Made by a program: the position numbers and the translations under genes | Shown: positions 62,079 to 64,000 of the stretch, in pieces | Layout: every line of letters starts with the position of its first letter | Numbering within the stretch: position 1 is the first letter of the stretch | DNA from: Monocercomonoides exilis PA203 | Taxonomy: Eukaryota > Protista > Preaxostyla | Length of the DNA stretch: 64,000 nucleotides | Assembly: GCA_001643675.2 (NCBI GenBank) | Contig: LSRY02000006.1 | Location: 62,001 to 126,000, forward strand | Reading direction: 5' to 3' | Notes under the pieces: generated by a model | Told to the model about the DNA's origin: nothing | The model's input: the letters and a program-made list of their open reading frames with translations, nothing else | Database searches by the model: none

Positions 62079-64000
62079 GAAGAACAGCAAATAGAAGGAA
62101 TCTCTCAAAGAAGAGAAACTTACTATTTTGGACTTAGATTTATAGCTCGTGATAAGTTGCTGCAAGATCGAAGGATAACCTCAAGCTTTGAAACGCTCAG
62201 TTCTTTATCACAAAAACAGAAAGAAAAAGTTTGATAAAAATTATAAATTTTTTTACGGACAATTTTAGATTTAATGAATACGTATGTGCTGTTTCATTCA
62301 GTTGGATAATTTAGAGTTAGAGGTTCAGAATCTTGATTCAGTTGATAATCATGTTCTGATGGAATCTCTCAATGCTATATCAGAACTTATTTTAATTGGT
62401 TAGACTTTATTCAATTATGTGCGTGTTGTACAATTTCATTTTCATGAAATATTAGGACAAAATTTCTCAATTCAGCGTGTTATCAATGCTGGAGCAATTA
62501 AGCCACTTTTGACTATTCTCAATAATAATTGTAATGGTGCAATTCTTCTTGAAGCAACAAAAGTTATTGCACACATTGGACGGGGAAGCCACGAACAGAT
62601 TGAGATATTAGTTCGAGAAGGCATTGTGTTTCATTTGTCAAAGATATTTCATCAAGTTGAGGATTATCGGATTCAGGAACAAGCTTTGATTGGATTAGGA
62701 AACATATGCAGTGGAAGCGAGAATGGGTGTATGGAAGTGATACGTCAAGGGATTTTAGATGATGTTATGAAGATGGTAGATGGTGCGGAGGATTCAAGAA
62801 AGAGTTTCAAAAAATCTCAGTTGCGCGCTTGCACTTTTCTTTTATCGAACGTCTCAAGGCTTGCCAGGTTTTGTGGAGATGAAATTGCGAAAATAGCATT
62901 TTCTGATGAGTTAGCAATAACCAATGACAAAAAATTCACAGAAAACGTAGCATCTTCTCAAAATGAATCAGCCACCCCGAAAAGCCAGCAATCAATATTT
63001 TTTGCGTCTTCTTCGTCTTTCATTCCCATTTCTCCACCTTCATCATCAACATCAACTTCTTCTTCTTCTTCATTGCTTTCATCAACATCATCATCATCTC
63101 CATCTCCTTCGCATTCTGCAGACACCCAGTGTTATTTGCGCCTCTTCCGCCATCTTCGCCCGTTGGTGCACTTTTTTGCGCGGGTGATCAACACAACTGA
63201 CCAGAAGCTGGTGGAAGACGGCTGCTGGGGCTTGAGCGAGCTGTCGATGCAGCCGAGATGCCTCGACATGATCATTTATGTGGGAGTCATCAAGAAGATA
63301 GTGTCTTTCATCGGGTGTGTGTATGTCAAATCAGACAATGAATTGCTAAAAGAATTGCTGTGCTTGCTGATTGTGTATTTTATGTATTGAAGGAGTATAT
63401 ACATTCTTATCCTTTCTTTTTTTGAAGTCATTTTAAGTTTTCATTGGAGAATGAATGTTTCTTTGGAGAAGTGATTTTTTAGCAATTTGAAATTGGCTTT
63501 TTTTCTCAAAAAAAAATAAGTGCTTGTATTCGTTGAATCTGTATTATTCAATATTCATTTATAAATTGTACTTTCAATTCTGTATTAAATAATTTTCTCT
63601 TTCTCCTTTTTTATTTACTTATTCATTTTTTTATTTCAATATATATTGCTTCGTCTTCTTCATCCACCCCTTCCCTCCTCCTCCGCCCAGCCACACCCTC
63701 GAGCTCTCCTGCACCTGCCTCAACATCCTCGCCAACCTCACTTCGATGTCTGACCTGAGCTGCCAAATGGCCATCGACGCCGGCGCCCTCCCTGCCCTCG
63801 CCCAGATGATCATCTCCCCCTTCGACTCTTCTTCTCTCCCGTCCAGTTTGTCTCTCTCCCCTCAGCTGTTCGCAAGGACGGTGGTGCAGTCGCTGCTGCC
63901 GATGGCGTTTGTGGCGCTGATCAACATCGCTAACGGCACAGCTGCGCAGATACAGACGCTGATTGAGGCACACGCTGTGGAGAAGATTGTGGAGCTGATG
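62079..64000 (+). CDS. Divergent importin-alpha-like ARM-repeat protein (start uncertain, truncated by the window end)
   Basis: Introns 62229-62301, 62399-62455 and 63315-63690 join in frame. IBB-like QRRE....LR...RDKLLQDRR, then SIQRVINAGAIKPLL, IQEQALIGLGNIC, DGCWGLSELS and NIANGTAAQIQTLIEA. Confidence 0.75.

Noticed and set aside
1-64000. tRNA, rRNA, CRISPR arrays, telomeric repeats
   Set aside because: None recognised by eye; tRNAscan-SE and Infernal/Rfam would be needed to exclude small RNAs.

Overview
AT-rich, intron-containing eukaryotic genomic DNA read with the standard code. It has short GT-AG introns, one GC-AG intron, low-complexity proteins and expanded lineage-specific families. 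The families and style point to an oxymonad such as Monocercomonoides (inference, not searched). Recognisable genes are a TmcB/TmcC-like polytopic membrane protein ending in a degenerate hemerythrin domain, the DRG2 GTPase (7 exons), a kinesin-10/KIF22 chromokinesin, a divergent gamma-secretase subunit APH-1, and a divergent importin-alpha-like ARM protein cut by the window end. There are also several hypothetical proteins, and two copies of a helical-repeat family (one intact, one pseudogene). Three members of a receptor-like family share a strongly conserved, catalytically dead kinase C-lobe; the full-length form has a modular beta-helix ectodomain and a single TM segment. The most striking structure is a nested transposon stack at 14.4-21.2 kb. 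A 6,027-bp hAT element (17-bp TIRs, perfect 8-bp TSD, intact 918-aa transposase) sits inside the TIR of a ~395-bp MITE and carries a captured copy of the cytoplasmic pseudokinase module. This suggests Pack-hAT transduplication as a route for spreading or shuffling this signalling module. A decayed Merlin (IS1595-like) element lies 117 bp upstream of the kinesin start codon. All exon models were derived by hand and lack transcript support.
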